Assembly: GCA_951406725.2 (NCBI GenBank)
Contig: OX597823.1
Location: 36,456,001-36,520,000, forward strand
Direction: 5' to 3'
DNA: 64,000 nt
From: Octopus vulgaris
Taxonomy: Eukaryota
Below are positions 51,022 to 64,000 of the stretch, one piece after another (position 1 is the first letter of the stretch; each line of letters starts with the position of its first letter). Made by a program: the position numbers and the translations under genes. A model generated the notes under the pieces. The model worked only from the letters and a program-made list of their open reading frames with translations. It had not been told where the DNA came from and did not search any database.

Positions 51022-51556
51022 TGCAATTAAGTAAATTACTTGAATTGAAAACACATCTATTGAAAGTAACAGCTCCACTGAGCTTAGGAAGTAGAATTAG
51101 GTAGATTAATAGAACACCACCACCACTGTAGTCAGTGAAATTCTACCTAGTAACATATGTATATGTTTCTCTATCTTCACTGTTTACAAGAGTTTAACAG
51201 CCTCTGCTTGCCAGCATTGGCATCTAAACAGCATTCTAGTTGGTATTTTGATAATATTCTACACTGAATAATATAAAAGATATTCTGTTTTTTTTTCTCC
51301 ACACACAATTCACTACTTTATTGTATAAAATTGGCTAACTAATAGATGCTTATTTTTCTTCTTAATCTAGTTTCTTTAAATGTAAAAATTGTAAAACCTA
51401 ACAAAATTGAAAAAAGAAAGAACCTTTTTTTAAAACTGTTTCTTTCTGTAGCCGTTTGTTAATGAAGATTGTGTGAAGCACATATTTCATTACTTTTTCT
51501 CTCTTTCTTCTCCTCTCACCCTCTTCATCTATATCCCTCTCTCACTCTCCTTCCCT

Positions 51557-51590
<34 letters not shown>

Positions 51591-52974
51591 ATAAGCAGAA
51601 GTAAACTTTTTGAAGTATTTTAGTTTGTTTTTATATTTTGTAAATTTAAATCTGAATAGATAATTTCTTGTATATTAAAAGTTTCAACATCTTTAATGTT
51701 GATGTCCAGTAATGATATTTTTAATATTGCATGTTTTGTCATTGAGCTTTGTTCTTGTTATCGCTGCTATGGTAGGTGTTGTAATACTGCAGAAAGTTAT
51801 TAGGAAGTGAAATCTGAGGCTTGTCTTGAATTCCTGTTTGGATCCACTCTTGTCTGAATGCGACAATTTTGTACCTCTGTTTCCCCAAAATCTGAATTCA
51901 TATCAATGTCACCATTCCTGAGTGCTGTCAAATTCTATACCAGAGATTTAGCTTTTGGGATTTTTATGCACCAGATTCCTTGCAATACTAATTCCTTCCA
52001 GGCTTGCTTGCTTATGACTGAATTTAGGTTTTGTAGGGTAAAAACAAGATAATTTTCTCTGAACAATAAACAGATACCATATTGTCTTTGACAACTATTT
52101 ATGTTTATAAAATAGTTCTTTTTATTTTGGTATCAGTATATCTCAATGCAATTCCTGTTTAATTTAAAATAGTTTCTCATGAATGTAAAAAAGATAATGC
52201 TAAATGTAATAAAAACCTTTATCTGTTGCAGACTTCTTCAATTGGATTTAAGGATGTGAGTGGAGAGTTAGATTTTCTGTGCATGATCAAGATTTTATTC
52301 TAAAGATCTACTAATGCATATGCTATTGACTCTCTGTTTAACGAATCAATTAAGTAACTTCTGTTCATAGCTCCAAAGCACTGAGCTATAATTATGTGTT
52401 GGCTAACAAACGTTAACACAGTGTTGTGTTTTCTCAAACAATTCTACATGTTCTTGGAATTGCAAATAACTAGTTTTAGACAATATCTAACAGACAACTG
52501 CATGTTTCATTTATATAACATTGAATTCTGTTAGTCAGAATGGTACCTAAGTAGTCTAACTAAAGGTCTACAACCAATTGTCTCTTAAGAATCATTGATA
52601 TTGAGTGATAAAGTTATCTTTGTTGTGGGTATGTATATATTGTTCTTTACATAGTTAATGGTGTGTGTGTGAATTGATTTAAAATAAACTGTATTTTGAT
52701 ATCCCAGCTGCCTTTCTGTCCTCTTTGAACTATATAAAAAGCAATAGGGATTAAGATTATTTATGCGAGTGTCTCTAAACTCATCAAGAACAAGGACTGT
52801 ATATATGAATATTTAGTAGGTGTTTGTGATTTTAAGATATATTTTGTTTTTAAAGACTCCTCTCAGTTTTTGAGTCTAGTAACAGAACTGACAGTAGAGC
52901 TTATATTCTGACCAAACCTACACAACTCTTCATTAGCGCCATCAGCTATGAAACATGGCAATTTCACAGCGATG

Positions 52975-53360
52975 TTGGTATGGCTGTGTATTTAATATCA
53001 TTTAGTTTCAGTTCCACTGTGCAACACTTTGGACAAGTGTCTTCCAGTATAGTGCTAGCTGACCAATGTCATGAGAGTAAATTTGGTATGTGGAAACTGA
53101 AAGAAGCTCATCATATATGTGTGTATGACCTTGTATTCCCTTTGTCTTGTTATTTTGTGGTAGTTGTAAAAGAGTAATACAAGTTGTAGCATTCATTTCC
53201 AATCTATGTAAACATATCCAGCCATGGTGAAATATTACCTTGTTTGGAAAGAGGTGAGGGTTGGCAACATGAAGATGATCCAGCCATAGAAAATCTGCTT
53301 CAATAAATTCTGTCTGACCCATGCATGTATGGAAATGTGGTCAGGAAAATGATGTTGATG
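52975..53360 (+). mobile_element. SINE with family A head and RTE-type tail
   Basis: TGGCTGTGT..TTCAGTTCCACTGTGCAACACTTTGGACAAGTGTCTTC...GGGTTGGCAACATGAAGATGATCCAGCCATAGAAA...CCATGCATGTATGGAAA..ATGATG. Confidence 0.65.
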
Positions 53361-53611
53361 CTTACAACTCAATCAATTTTCCTTGTGGTTCCTTAATTAT
53401 AGCAAGATAGCCGGGCTTTTGAAAATGACACAACAACCCAGTCCTGTAACATGGTATAACTAGAGAGATCCCCACCCCATCCATTTGTTTGATCTTCTGT
53501 CCACTTGGTTACCTGTTGCCACTGTTAATTTAAACTGATATATTTTACTACTTATCATTATCATCAATTTAGAATTGCGACAAATGGCAGAGCATCAGAC
53601 TAATTCCTTAT

Positions 53612-53985
53612 TTTTTACTCTTTTACTTGTTTCAGTCATTTGACTGCAGCCATACTGGAGCACCACCTTTAGCCAAACAAATCGACCCCAGGACTTATTC
53701 TTTGTAAGACAAGTACTTATTCTATCAGTCTCTTTTGCTGAACCACTAAGTTCTGGGTTCGTAAACACACCAACATCAGTTAAGTGATGGTCGGGGGACA
53801 AACACAGACACAAATATATATATATATATATATATATACATGATAGGCTTCTTTCAGTTTCTGTTTACCAAATCCACTCACAAGGCTTTGGTCAGCCTGA
53901 GGCTATAATATAAGACACCCAAGGTGCCATGCAGTGGGACTGAATCCAGAACCATGTGGTTGGGAAACTTACCACACTTGCGCCT
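53612..53985 (-). mobile_element. SINE family A
   Basis: Reverse-complement match to 9356-9798. Confidence 0.88.
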
Positions 53986-54484
53986 AATATCTAATTTGTC
54001 TCACTGTACTTAGAATTTAGACCTTTCTTGAATCTATTTTGCCTGTGGTCAATAATAATAATAATACTGCATTAATTTGTCAGAGTAAATTATTTAACAT
54101 GTTGACAAATAAAATTTAAAAAAGACCCCAAAATGTTACAATAAAATATTTCCTACATTTATTTTGTTCTCTCTGTTTACTTTAGGATGTGAAGCTATGA
54201 ATTTATTTTTATACATCGGATTAATTAAAAATATTTACTTCTGTTGTCAGGCATCTTTCCATTAATATTATTACATGCGTGTGTGTTTTATATTTGAAAG
54301 ATTGATACCATTAAATTGAATATTGTTTTAGTTTCCAGTTGATTAGCCTGTTTTATTTTGTTGTCATAGAAACCTAACAATACTTTTTATTTTGCCAAGT
54401 CAAATATTTTCTATCTGTTTGTCTTTTCTTTCTTCATGGAGTATATAGTAGTTTATCTTATATGATTTTTGGTACTTTTACTAC

Positions 54485-54625
54485 GTCATCATCATTTAGC
54501 ATCCATTGACCATGCTGGCATGGGTTGGATGGTTTGACCATGGCTGTAAGGGGCTGCACCAGACTCTTGTCTGATTTAGCATGGTTTCTATGGCTTGATG
54601 CCCTTCCTAATGCCAACTACTCCGA
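54485..54625 (-). mobile_element. RTE-associated 3' tail fragment
   Basis: CATCATCATTT...CCATGCTGGCATGGGTTGGATGG...GATGCCCTTCCTAATGCCAAC. Confidence 0.75.
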
Positions 54626-55121
54626 GACTAATAGATATAGCATATCTCTAATCTAAACATCAAGTTGTTCAGTTGTTTTGAATGCAGCTAGATATGAGGA
54701 CCTTAAAAATACAACTATAAAATATCACTGAAGATGAAATAGGGATTATGTTTTGTTTCACTAGCAGAAGATTTAATACAACGATTTGGTATTTCTAAAG
54801 CATGCAGTTGAAGCATTACTAAAATGAAATGAATGGCAGAATCCCTCAAATTAGAACATTTTATATTGGTCATAACTTTTGCATTATTAATATAAACTCT
54901 CTCTTTATTTTTATTACTTTTCTTCATCCTTCTCAGAATTTCAACTTGTCTCCTTAAATTTTATGCTTCTGAATTCTTCAAAAGCCTAACTTTTCATGTG
55001 TAGCTCATTAAAGATGACACCAAAATAAGAAAGTCATTAAACTTTTGTTCTTCACTCCATCTGTAACTTAGGAAATTAAGTGTTGTTATCCACAACCAAT
55101 ACAATGATTATAAAAATTGCA

Positions 55122-55167
<46 letters not shown>

Positions 55168-55168
<1 letters not shown>

Positions 55169-55835
55169 AGGCCTGGGTAGCCACAATAAGACACACCAGG
55201 CATTCCATTCATTTCCCAGCTCAAAGGGGTGAGTCCCGTTCTATGCTCAGGTCAAAGCATAGAACGCAACCCCCAATATCAGCAGTGGGGCCTGACAGCA
55301 TATGCTGGTTTACCCATGCCACATCATGCTAGTTCCATACCCCTTTGAGCAACATCTAAGTTCACTCATCTGTCCACAAACACTGTCCAAGCTTTCCTAT
55401 CATTTATAAACTCTCTTGCCTCTCTCACTCCAACATCTCTAACCACTAAAGCTTTCCTCACTCCATCCATCCACACAAACCAAGGTCTACCTCTGGTTCT
55501 GCTGCCTACCACTTCAGCTTTCATCACCTTTCTTACCATCCACTCTTCATCCATCCTCTTGCTCAGTGCCAGCACATCCATCCTTCTTTTCACCATCACA
55601 CTCTCTATCTCTCTCCTCTTTACTTCACTTGTACTACACCCACATACATTCTATGACCCTAGTACTAAAGTGAGATTTGGTGCTAACCTTCTCCCACCCC
55701 CTTGTCTTTTTCTTGTCTTTTTAGGAATATGGATTTATTAGGAGAGGATTCCCAGTCCCCTCACTCCTGTCCTTTTTAGTTGCCTCTTATGCCACACAGG
55801 GTATATGGCGACTTCATTCTACTGCCCCCCCCCAC
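55168..55835 (-). mobile_element. Internally deleted RTE-clade element (second family)
   Basis: RMDEEWMVRKVMKAEVVGSRTRGRPWFVWMDGV...DRKAW is an RTE C-terminus (GxRxRGRP..W.D). Flanked by UTR-like segments and adjoining (TA)n. Confidence 0.75.
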
Positions 55836-56669
55836 ACAGTTAGGTTTGCTAGTTAACTCATAGCTGGGACCCTTACAGATGCTACCAGTCCAGGCCAGAG
55901 TAGACCAGGGAACAATAGTGGCTAAGAGGTGGTTCCACACTCGTCAAACCGTGAAACCAGGGCCCCATGACCAGATGTAGCTTATAGTCATACCCAGGAC
56001 AATATATTCTAGGAAATATACTCAGAGATGCCATCTGCATGAATAACAACTGTTAATGTTATACACTTAGTGCTGTGTTTTAATTAAATTATATAATTAT
56101 CTTTAGTTAGCATTAACTATGTTAGCACTAACTTAAATATTGGTCTGCATGGGAATAGCATCTCTTAGGGATATATTCTCTAACAAAATTCTTGTTTTCT
56201 TTTACACCAACTCCTACACGTTATTGTGCAGTTATTTAGGGATTTGTTGATTTTTCTGATCACTACTTATGTACCATGAAGTTTATACTTTGGTGATGAG
56301 GTGATAAGATTGAAACAGTTACTAAGTTGTCTCCTGTACTAACTGAAATACTCTATCAGTCATTAGTTAATATTTGTGTTTCTTCATTGCATAATTATCT
56401 CTAATCAACTTTTTAATGTTCCCTACATCAAATATGTCAACACCAAGATAAACACTGAATCCTGTATGATTGTCTGAGTAATTTGTTAAAAATTTCTGTA
56501 TTCAACTAGGTTAACACAGGTCAGTAATGTCTTGCTATGGGGTAAATGAAACAAAAAAAAAAAAAAAAAGTTATACACATCATCAGTGTTGCAATATTGG
56601 TGTACTTAAAGACAAGGAGTAACAGCCAATCATTTTCTTTGCTCTATAACTAAACTATCATCTATTTGA

Positions 56670-57095
56670 TAGCCCATTCAAAAGTACCTTGGATTGTAGG
56701 GTGACATGCTGTGCTTGAGGAGACCTGAGTCAAGTACATCAACATCAAAATAAAAATCAAATGGGAATTGTAGTTGTGATCCCCGTGCCAGTGGCATGTA
56801 AAAAGCACCATCCAAACATGGCTGATGCCAGCGCTGCCTTGTCTGGCTTCCATGCCGGAGGCACATAAAAAGCACCAACCGATCGTGGCTGTTGCCAACC
56901 TCCTCTGGCCCTTGTGCTGGTGGCACGTAAAAAGCATCCACTACACTCATGGAGTTGGCGCTAGGAAGGGCATCAACTGTAGAAACATTGCCAGATCAGA
57001 CTGGAGGCTGGTGCAGCCTCCCGGCTTCCCAGACACCAGTCGAACCATCCAATCCATGCTAGCATGGAAAACGGACGTTAAATGATGATGATGAT
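56670..57095 (+). mobile_element. RTE-associated 3' UTR fragment with (GAT)n tail
   Basis: Colinear with 3065-3480. Confidence 0.82.
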
Positions 57096-57717
57096 GGATA
57101 GATAGATGTTCTGCTGCCTTTTGATTGTAGGTGCACTGTCTTTTATGTTACTCTAGTGTATGTAGTTAATAAATTTTTTGAGCTTTTGTGAGAGAACTTC
57201 AATCATTTCATTGTTCCATCACACTATACCAATGATGATGCTTATGATTAAGAATCTGTAGTGAGGGTTAAATAAAAATAGTCATATTTGTGTAAAAATT
57301 TCCTTTATTTTTTCTTTACCATGTGATGCTATGTTAATTTGTTATTAGCATGTGGAGAAAGTGGAAAAGTAGATTGGTACTTGAAGTACTTTAATTTAGT
57401 TTACCCCCACCAACCTTTCCTTTGAGTTCAGTTTCTGTTCACTGTCTGTCCTCTCACTCATCATATAGGTACCATCAACATACTGGCTAATTTAATCAGC
57501 AACAATTCATCAAAAATTTTCTTAAGGGCTTTTTTGAAAAAAAAAAATGTTAGTTTCAGCCATTTTGAAAAACTATATGAATGACTCAAATCATAAAGAT
57601 TAGATGTTTTATAATCTATTGATCAGTTCTTTATCTTCAAAGAATCCAGGTTTCATACTTTTTTTTCCCATTGAAGGTCATTATATTGAAAACTTTATCA
57701 ATTAAAATTTTCTCTCA

Positions 57718-57936
57718 TAACCCTTTTTAATACCAACCTTCTCAAGACTATCTCAGGTTCTGATATAAATTTCCTGTTTTAATGTGATCTAAATCGAAAC
57801 CTTCCATCAAAATTTCATGTTAAATTAATTTACTAAATTCCAGCTTAACTTATGTTAATGAATTCGTTATTATTTTCAAAATTAATAGAAACAAAGGCAG
57901 AATGTTTCAATACAAATATTGTAACAAAAGAATTAA
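57718..57936. mobile_element. Putative piggyBac-like MITE
   Basis: Degenerate ends ATAACCCTTTTTAATAC / GTAACAAAAGAATTAA with TTAA-like flanks. Confidence 0.4.
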
Positions 57937-58569
57937 AGAATAGAAGAAAAATGTATTTGAAGGGATAAATATTATCCATCTTGTGTATGTATTTGTTTGT
58001 CTATGAATGAGGACACTACTACATGTGTGTGTGTGTGTGTGTGTAAATGAATGAAATTATATAAAGAGTACAGCGCTTTCTTAAATGCAAAGTTTCTCAA
58101 TGATTTCATTTTAGTGAAACCTAATTGGTTTTTATTGATTTGTCAAAGTTTCATCTATTCAGTGCTATCAGTTATGCTTAAATTTGTGTTTTTTTTTATT
58201 GGTTTATTTCACAAAAATAGATTTCTTGTATTTTATAAGTAAATCACTTTCTATAGTATTTTAAATTAGATATTTTAGAGATTTACAATACACTTAACAT
58301 TTGAAAATGTTTCCTGTTAGCTATATAGCTTAACTTGAAAATAGAAAAGAAATGTTATTATTTTAACTTTTTCTAAATATAATTTTTCTTCCTTTGGCAT
58401 ATAGGTTTGATCATGATTTTTGCATGCTCATACATACTGCAACCCAACCATTTTTCTATGCCAGCATGGCTGGAAATTTATGCAAATTGGAGTTGCTGAA
58501 GTGTTTTATTAAGTCTTTTTTAATTGCTTGTTGAAAGTTTCTTTTAAAATTGTAACTCATTATATTTTA

Positions 58570-58845
58570 ATTAGCCTCGCCTGGCCCCCGTGCTGGTGGC
58601 ACGTAAAAAGCACCATCCGGCCGTGGCCGTTTGCTAGCCCCGTCTGGCAACTGTGCTGGTGGCACGTAAAAAGCACCCACTACACTCACGGAGTGGTTGG
58701 CGTTAGGAAGGGCATCCAGCCGTAGAAACACTGCCAAATCAGACTGGGCCTGGTGCAGCCTTCTGGCTTCCCAGACCCCAGTTGAACTGTCCAACCCATG
58801 CTATCATGGAAAGCAGACGCTAAATGATGATGATGATGATGATGA
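58570..58845 (+). mobile_element. RTE-associated 3' UTR fragment with (GAT)n tail
   Basis: Two GTGCTGGTGGCACGTAAAAAGCACC modules and the shared terminus. Confidence 0.82.
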
Positions 58846-60677
58846 GTCATTTACATAAATAACTTAGTTCTGGATGTGCACCACTACATCAACTATAAGT
58901 ATTTGATGGTAGAAAGGAAACTCTCTCTTAGCTGTTCCTTAGTTGGTAAATGGTACTTACATTTCTTGTAATAATAAAAATTTTAATATGTCTTAAATGT
59001 TAGATTTCAGTTTTAGAATTATCATTTTGTGTTTTTTTTTTTGCATCTCTCTTCATCTTCTGTGATGTAAACTTGCTAGAAATAACAGCCAAGTCTCTTC
59101 ACATCACACCTGTTCATTATTTAATGTAGTTGTACATAAGGTGTGATGGCAATAACTGGAGTGTCTTGAATCATAAGTCTATTCTGATACCAAATATTAC
59201 ACTACAAATTCACTTGATAACAAATCTACTGAATATTTCATCCACAAATATCTTCATTTGTTTTTGTTTTGTTTTTCAATCAACTAAAAATATGTCATTG
59301 TGCATAGAGTGCAGCTTTTGCATACCTTTTTAACTTTATTCAACCATTCAGCTATGGCTTTCCTGGTCACAAATATAAAACAATAGTCAAGAATTTAAAT
59401 AAGCCTGCTTGCAAACCTATTTACACATGAAATGGTTAATTATAAATATGGGAGACCAACTGAATGATAGAGAAACTTCTTATTTTGGAGATGCACTTGA
59501 CTGGCAAATGATTTGATCTGAAACTGTTGGAACTAAAACAATTACAGAAGATACATATTAGCCATTGCAAAACACAAAAACTGTTAACTTCATGTAAACA
59601 TTTATTATTTGGTGTAATAAACTTTTTATATTGTATGGGGGCAATAGCAGCACAAAACCATAACTATCTTCATTCACAGAACCTGTGTATGACAATTACA
59701 ATAGTAGATGTCTTTCAAACATCACAATACCAGCTGTTGTTGGTCTGCCTGCCTCTCTGTCAGTGTGTGTGTGTGTCTTCAAATTTGTTCGAATTGATCA
59801 GCATTTAACGATAGTGTTTTGAGAATGAACTACACTTGTTCATAACTTTGGTCTGATGGAACATTAACCTAGAGCTATTTCTTGCCTGTGATTCATAAAA
59901 TTGGAAATGGAAACACCTGAGATATTTTGTAGTTACTTTTGTATTGATTTGTCCTCGCCCTCCCTCTCTCTCCACACTGAGGCATACTAAACATTTTCAT
60001 GACCAGCAAATAAGCAATCACCATGTCTTTACTATCTGAGTGTAGGAAGTTCTCCCTTGGCATTACTCTACCCTCATCTAAGAAGCCAATGTTTAAAGGT
60101 AGTGTTTAGAATCTAGTTTAATGGATAGCCAGCTCCTTTTAATCTGATCCTTTTAATATGTTATTACGAGTGGACAATAGTTCATTCCAGTAATTACCTA
60201 TTTGACTCTGAAATGTAGCAATAAAACTAATGTAGCAGAGAAACTATTTTCTGGTTTGTTTTTTGATTTCTGCTATCATTAATACAATAGTTTCAATTAT
60301 CAGTTACATTCTAGTAGCTGGGAGGAGAAAAAGAATGTTGTAGAATGATAACTTTGTTTTATGATAGTGAGCATCTTGTTAGAGTTGAGAAATCTACCTC
60401 ACCTGGTGCTGTTTGGTTATTTTGGTATTTCATCTTTTCTGCTTGTTGTTTACATAATTTAGAATTTATCAGTTTTATTACCTGTAAAATTATTAGCTTC
60501 AATTCAGATTTCTCAATATTATATTGCAGATTGAAAATAAATAAATGAGTAAACCAACTAAGAAGCAATTAAAAAGTAAATAAAATAATATGAAAATATT
60601 TTAATATTTTGCACAAACTGAATTAAGAAATTTAATAACTATACACACACAGATATATAAACACACTTGTGTGTGTG

Positions 60678-60724
<47 letters not shown>

Positions 60725-61424
60725 GAGAGAGAGAGAGGGGGGGGTCCAAGTTATTCTTCTATTTCTTATAGTTTAAAAACATTTCCCAGTCTTATTGATG
60801 CTGAAAATTATCTGCTAATATCAACATTTTTTAGACATAAGCTTTTACTACAAGAATTGTTTTATTTTAAAATTCTATGCATTCTTTCCCCTTTCTAATT
60901 ATGCCATTTTAAGCCATATTCATAAATATAGTTTTTATCTTTTAACATACTACTGAAAGAAAACGAATTTAATCTGGGCTTCTGAGATCATTTTTCCTTT
61001 CTGTTTTCTCATTTTATTGATTTGCAATACAAACATATATCATATACATAAATTTTGCATCAAAATATATCCTTGGTTGGAAATGAATGATCAAAGCAGT
61101 AGATGATGATAAGCAGTTTCTGGAGGCTAGTTTATTGGTTTTGTTTTCGGTAAACCAAAATGAAAATTTGTGAATATTTTGGCAGTTGGTTTTTTTCCTT
61201 TTTCTTTTATCTTTTTCTCCACTGCCATTCCAAAGCTGTGTTGTAACATAGTAGAGCTTATCTCAGCTTTTGACTTGTTAAGAACTTCTCACTCTGGATA
61301 GTATGACTTAACTATTGATGATTTGTCCATAGAAACATTGAACGTAGCACTCTAAAATAATGAAACACTTGTCCAGTATACAAAGGGCAGCAGTGTCTGC
61401 TGCTTACGTAACAATCATCATCAT

Positions 61425-61610
61425 GGCAGTGAATCAGCAGAAACATTGCAGTGTTAGACAAAATACCTTTCAGTATTAAGTTTCAGCTCTTCATATTCTG
61501 TATTGAAATCCCGCCAAGGTTGACTTTACTTTTCCTCTTTCTGGGGGAAACAGGGATGGGGGGAATCACTAAAATATAGTAGCAGTTAAATACTGGGGTT
61601 ACTATAACTG
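61425..61610 (+). mobile_element. SINE family B, diverged
   Basis: GCAGAAACATTGCAGTG...GAAATCCCGCCAAGGTTGACTTTACTTTTC.TCTTTCTGGGG. Confidence 0.5.
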
Positions 61611-63431
61611 ACTGAGCCCACTTCACCAAAATTTCTAACCTTGTGTCTATGTAAGAAATAATTGTCGTTGTCACTACTGCCTCCCTCTTTATCCTATGTT
61701 CTATTGATTCTGTTAGCTCAGTTTTCCATATTACCACCCAAACATGAAGAGTTAAATAACAAGCACGTAACATGCTTTACGTAGGGAGCACAATGCGAGG
61801 ACTGACTCTAGCAAACTTTAACTTCTGATTGCCTAGTTATGGATCTAGCACTTTCTCTTTACAGCTGGTATGAGTTTTTAAATTTAAGTTTTAAAAATGT
61901 CAAAATTATTATGCATAAACAACAAGTTGAAACTATAGAGCAGGAACATTGAACAGACTTGAACAAAAATCTATTGTTTACCAATAAAGCACAAAACTGA
62001 CTTCACTACAGCAAACATCAGTGGATCTGTTTCTCATTTCTGTCTCAAATTGGTGATTATAATATCTGATATGTTAAATTCTTTAAATTTGTGATGATTT
62101 ATTCCTCAAATGATCAATTCTGTACTGAGTGGTTTATTTATTCTTTTATTAGTGCAGCCTGTGACCAATGTTGGGGTAGGGCCATCAATATTTTCCTTTT
62201 CGCATATTTAATAGTTATTTTGTTTTGTTGCCATTTTAGGTTTATTTCCTTTCATGTAGTTCCACTTTACCATTTGTCTAGAAGAGACTGTGACATTACC
62301 TGAAATGGCATGCTGTGCATGATATTTATCAGTATAAGGATATGAATGCTGTGACCAGACAATCTCTTCCATGATGCGACAAGAAAATCTCTTCTGCAGT
62401 TTTACCAGTCCTAATCTGCTTTAGATTAAGATAGCACCAGCAGGGTTCTGAAGTGTCTAATCAATAATAAACCATTTGGGAACAGAGTAAACTAACAAAG
62501 AAACTTCTGGAAATAACAGCCAAATTTCCCTCCACTTGTTCTCTTCTGTTTTAAAGAAAGATGGTTGGAATGCTTTTGATCATAGCTCAGCTCAATCACA
62601 GCTGACCTAGGGCTAAACAACCAGCCATTTGTAAAATTCAGAACAATAGTTTAGTTAAGGAGTGAGTTTGTTTTTTGTTACCTGACTTCAGTTTGTATCT
62701 TCTTCAGATATAAAGTATAGTGCCATTTTTTTTATTTTTAGTCTTCTATTCCTTTACTAAGCTGTTTGAAATTTTTAGAATATGGAAAGTTATGTAGCAT
62801 AGAATGTGGAAAGTTATGTAACATAGATCCCAAAACTATTGATAGTGTGGAACCTTTGAATTATATTCTTTTGTGTATCAAGAACTCAATACTCAGCTGA
62901 GAGTGATGTGTAACCTGAAATATTTTCATTATTACAAGAGTTGCTCCCAATAGATTTAAATAGTAAATAGATCGATAACATCTTTGACCTATAATGTCTA
63001 CTATGTTACTATTTCAGCTATAAATCTTATAGTAGATATTTAGATTAATATATGGACCGAGGTATTTCAAGATTTTGCTGTGGGTAGTACATTATGGATC
63101 TCAGATTGAGAGAGAGAAGAGAGAGAAAAGAAATTTCTAATCAAGGAGACTAAAAAATCAATTTATATATCTGAATATTGTTATTTGGTTTAAATATGTT
63201 TTATTGGTAACTAGTTATCTCAAATGTTTACATTTTTAAAATTTAGAAATTTTATTTTAAAATTGTGATGCAATGCATTATTTATTGGTTAAGAAGTTGG
63301 CATAATCAGTGAACATTAAGAGAAAATGGAAAGTTTCCATATATCTTAGTAGAATCTGTCAAATGCTTTATTTTTATAGGCCAAGTCTTTAAAAGTTCAC
63401 ACAGTTATTTCTGTCATGCTTATGTGTTCAA

Positions 63432-63647
63432 CTCTTTAACATTCAGACTGTTTTGTTAAATGTGATGTTTAATCATTCACATTGTTTTGAATTAATCATG
63501 CATTATCTCATAGCTTTGAGATTTTGATGATTGTTTATTATTAGAATGACATTGTAGAGTAGGTGAGAGAAGATGGATCTGACTGGTTTGAATATAAAAC
63601 AGGTAGAATATTTGAGCTTGGATATGGCCAGTTTAAATGCTAAAGTA
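63432..63647. mobile_element. Putative piggyBac-like MITE
   Basis: Degenerate TIRs CTTTAACATT / AATGCTAAAG. Confidence 0.4.
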
Positions 63648-64000
63648 GGCCTTAAATATTACTATTGATCATTCTGACTGATTAAGAAACCCTTTATAAA
63701 TTTTGCAATAGTGTTTGTTCATCAAATAGGATTATTTATTTTAAACTATTTATATTTTGCTTTTCTATCTTTATCACTAAATTATTTGGTTGGAAATACA
63801 AACTACCATTTTCTTTGGTACCTCAGCATGGTCACAGACAAGTAGTTGAAAGTAACAAAATTCCGTTTATTTGATTAGCTTAGTTAATTCTATTCAGCAC
63901 ATTCATACACAACACCATGATGCTAACCATCTTCAAGGGTTTTAGTTAATGATACTGACCTCTTCCCTCCCTTAGTACTTTGTTTTGTATTTATTTTATT

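Noticed and set aside
61845-61875. Possible exon or microexon (TTCTCTTTACAG-CTG-GTATGA)
   Set aside because: The upstream candidate exon has stops in all three frames, and a 3-nt microexon cannot be supported without RNA data.
25137-62825. Short local tandem duplications (33 bp at 25137, 20 bp at 27123, 28 bp at about 28315, 24 bp at about 62783)
   Set aside because: Two-copy slippage duplications with no further structure.

Overview
AT-rich, repeat-saturated eukaryotic genomic DNA. The SINE/LINE families and (TA)n-derived microsatellite fields are typical of an octopus (coleoid cephalopod) genome; this is inferred, not verified. No host protein-coding exon could be identified with confidence. 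The long Y/I/M/C/V/H-rich ORFs are translation artefacts of purine-pyrimidine microsatellites. Bases 1-15.6 kb are a compound TA-based microsatellite field studded with RTE 3' ends, CR1-clade LINE fragments, tRNA-derived SINEs and non-autonomous Helitrons. The remainder looks intronic or intergenic and holds decayed Penelope-like RT fragments, R4/Dong-like RLE fragments, two mariner remnants, a Helitron helicase pseudogene interrupted by a hAT MITE, and many SINEs. The most notable signal is a 353-bp-period tandem repeat (35176-35774) inside a (TAA)n tract. Each copy carries a type I hammerhead ribozyme fold with a palindromic stem III, making it a candidate non-LTR retrozyme that could release a 353-nt circularisable RNA. 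Four more intact or decayed hammerhead motifs occur in Penelope pLTR-like remnants. Most element boundaries are approximate, read by eye.
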